DNA of 64,000 nt from Eledone cirrhosa. Taxonomy: Eukaryota. The notes below the pieces were generated by a model. That model saw nothing but the letters and a program-made list of their open reading frames with translations. It had not been told where the DNA came from and did no database searches. Location of the stretch: the NCBI GenBank assembly GCA_964016885.1, contig OZ024743.1:169446001-169510000 (forward strand). Direction: 5' to 3'. How positions within the stretch are numbered: position 1 is the first letter of the stretch; every line of letters begins with the position of its first letter. The position numbers were made by a program, and so were the translations under genes. Shown here one piece after another: positions 63,721 to 64,000 of the stretch.

Positions 63721-64000
63721 TCCTTTGTCAATGTTGAACAAACGAGCAACGATGATTGCTGGACACTACGGCTTAATACGGGATGTTTGTTTACAAACAC
63801 ACCGAGCATTATAATAAATGTTCGGTGCATCCATACGTACATATATATATGTGTGCATGTATGTATATATATATATACATACTACTGTACGTCTGTATAC
63901 ATATATGTATGTACGTGTACATACTTATATTTAAGTAACAGCCGTACTAAGAGTGGGAAATGAAATTTCGTTTCATTTTTTCCGTTTATATATAAATGCA

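Overview
Eukaryotic, repeat-saturated DNA with no recognisable host gene exon. It is probably from an invertebrate; the (TA)n/(CA)n density, tRNA-derived SINEs and element mix suggest a cephalopod such as Octopus (inference only). The window is a patchwork of transposable elements, many inserted into (TA)n microsatellites: two decayed full-length Gypsy LTR elements, a Merlin transposon, two mariner remnants, Helitron-like elements, RTE LINE pieces, SINEs and many Penelope-like elements (PLEs). The dominant signal is RNA-structural: about 25 type I hammerhead ribozyme (HHR) motifs can be read by eye, several with non-canonical cores. The best candidate for an undescribed system is a near-identical 591-bp tandem array (44846-52304; 11 direct units plus 1.5 inverted units) with one U3-A8 variant hammerhead per unit. 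It looks like an unusually large retrozyme or circular-RNA retroelement. It lies about 1 kb from a young head-to-tail dimer of an intact Naiad-type PLE (RT plus GIY-YIG, 53259-61676) that could be its helper. Most short ORFs in the ORF track are microsatellite or antisense artefacts. All structures were read manually and none was computed.
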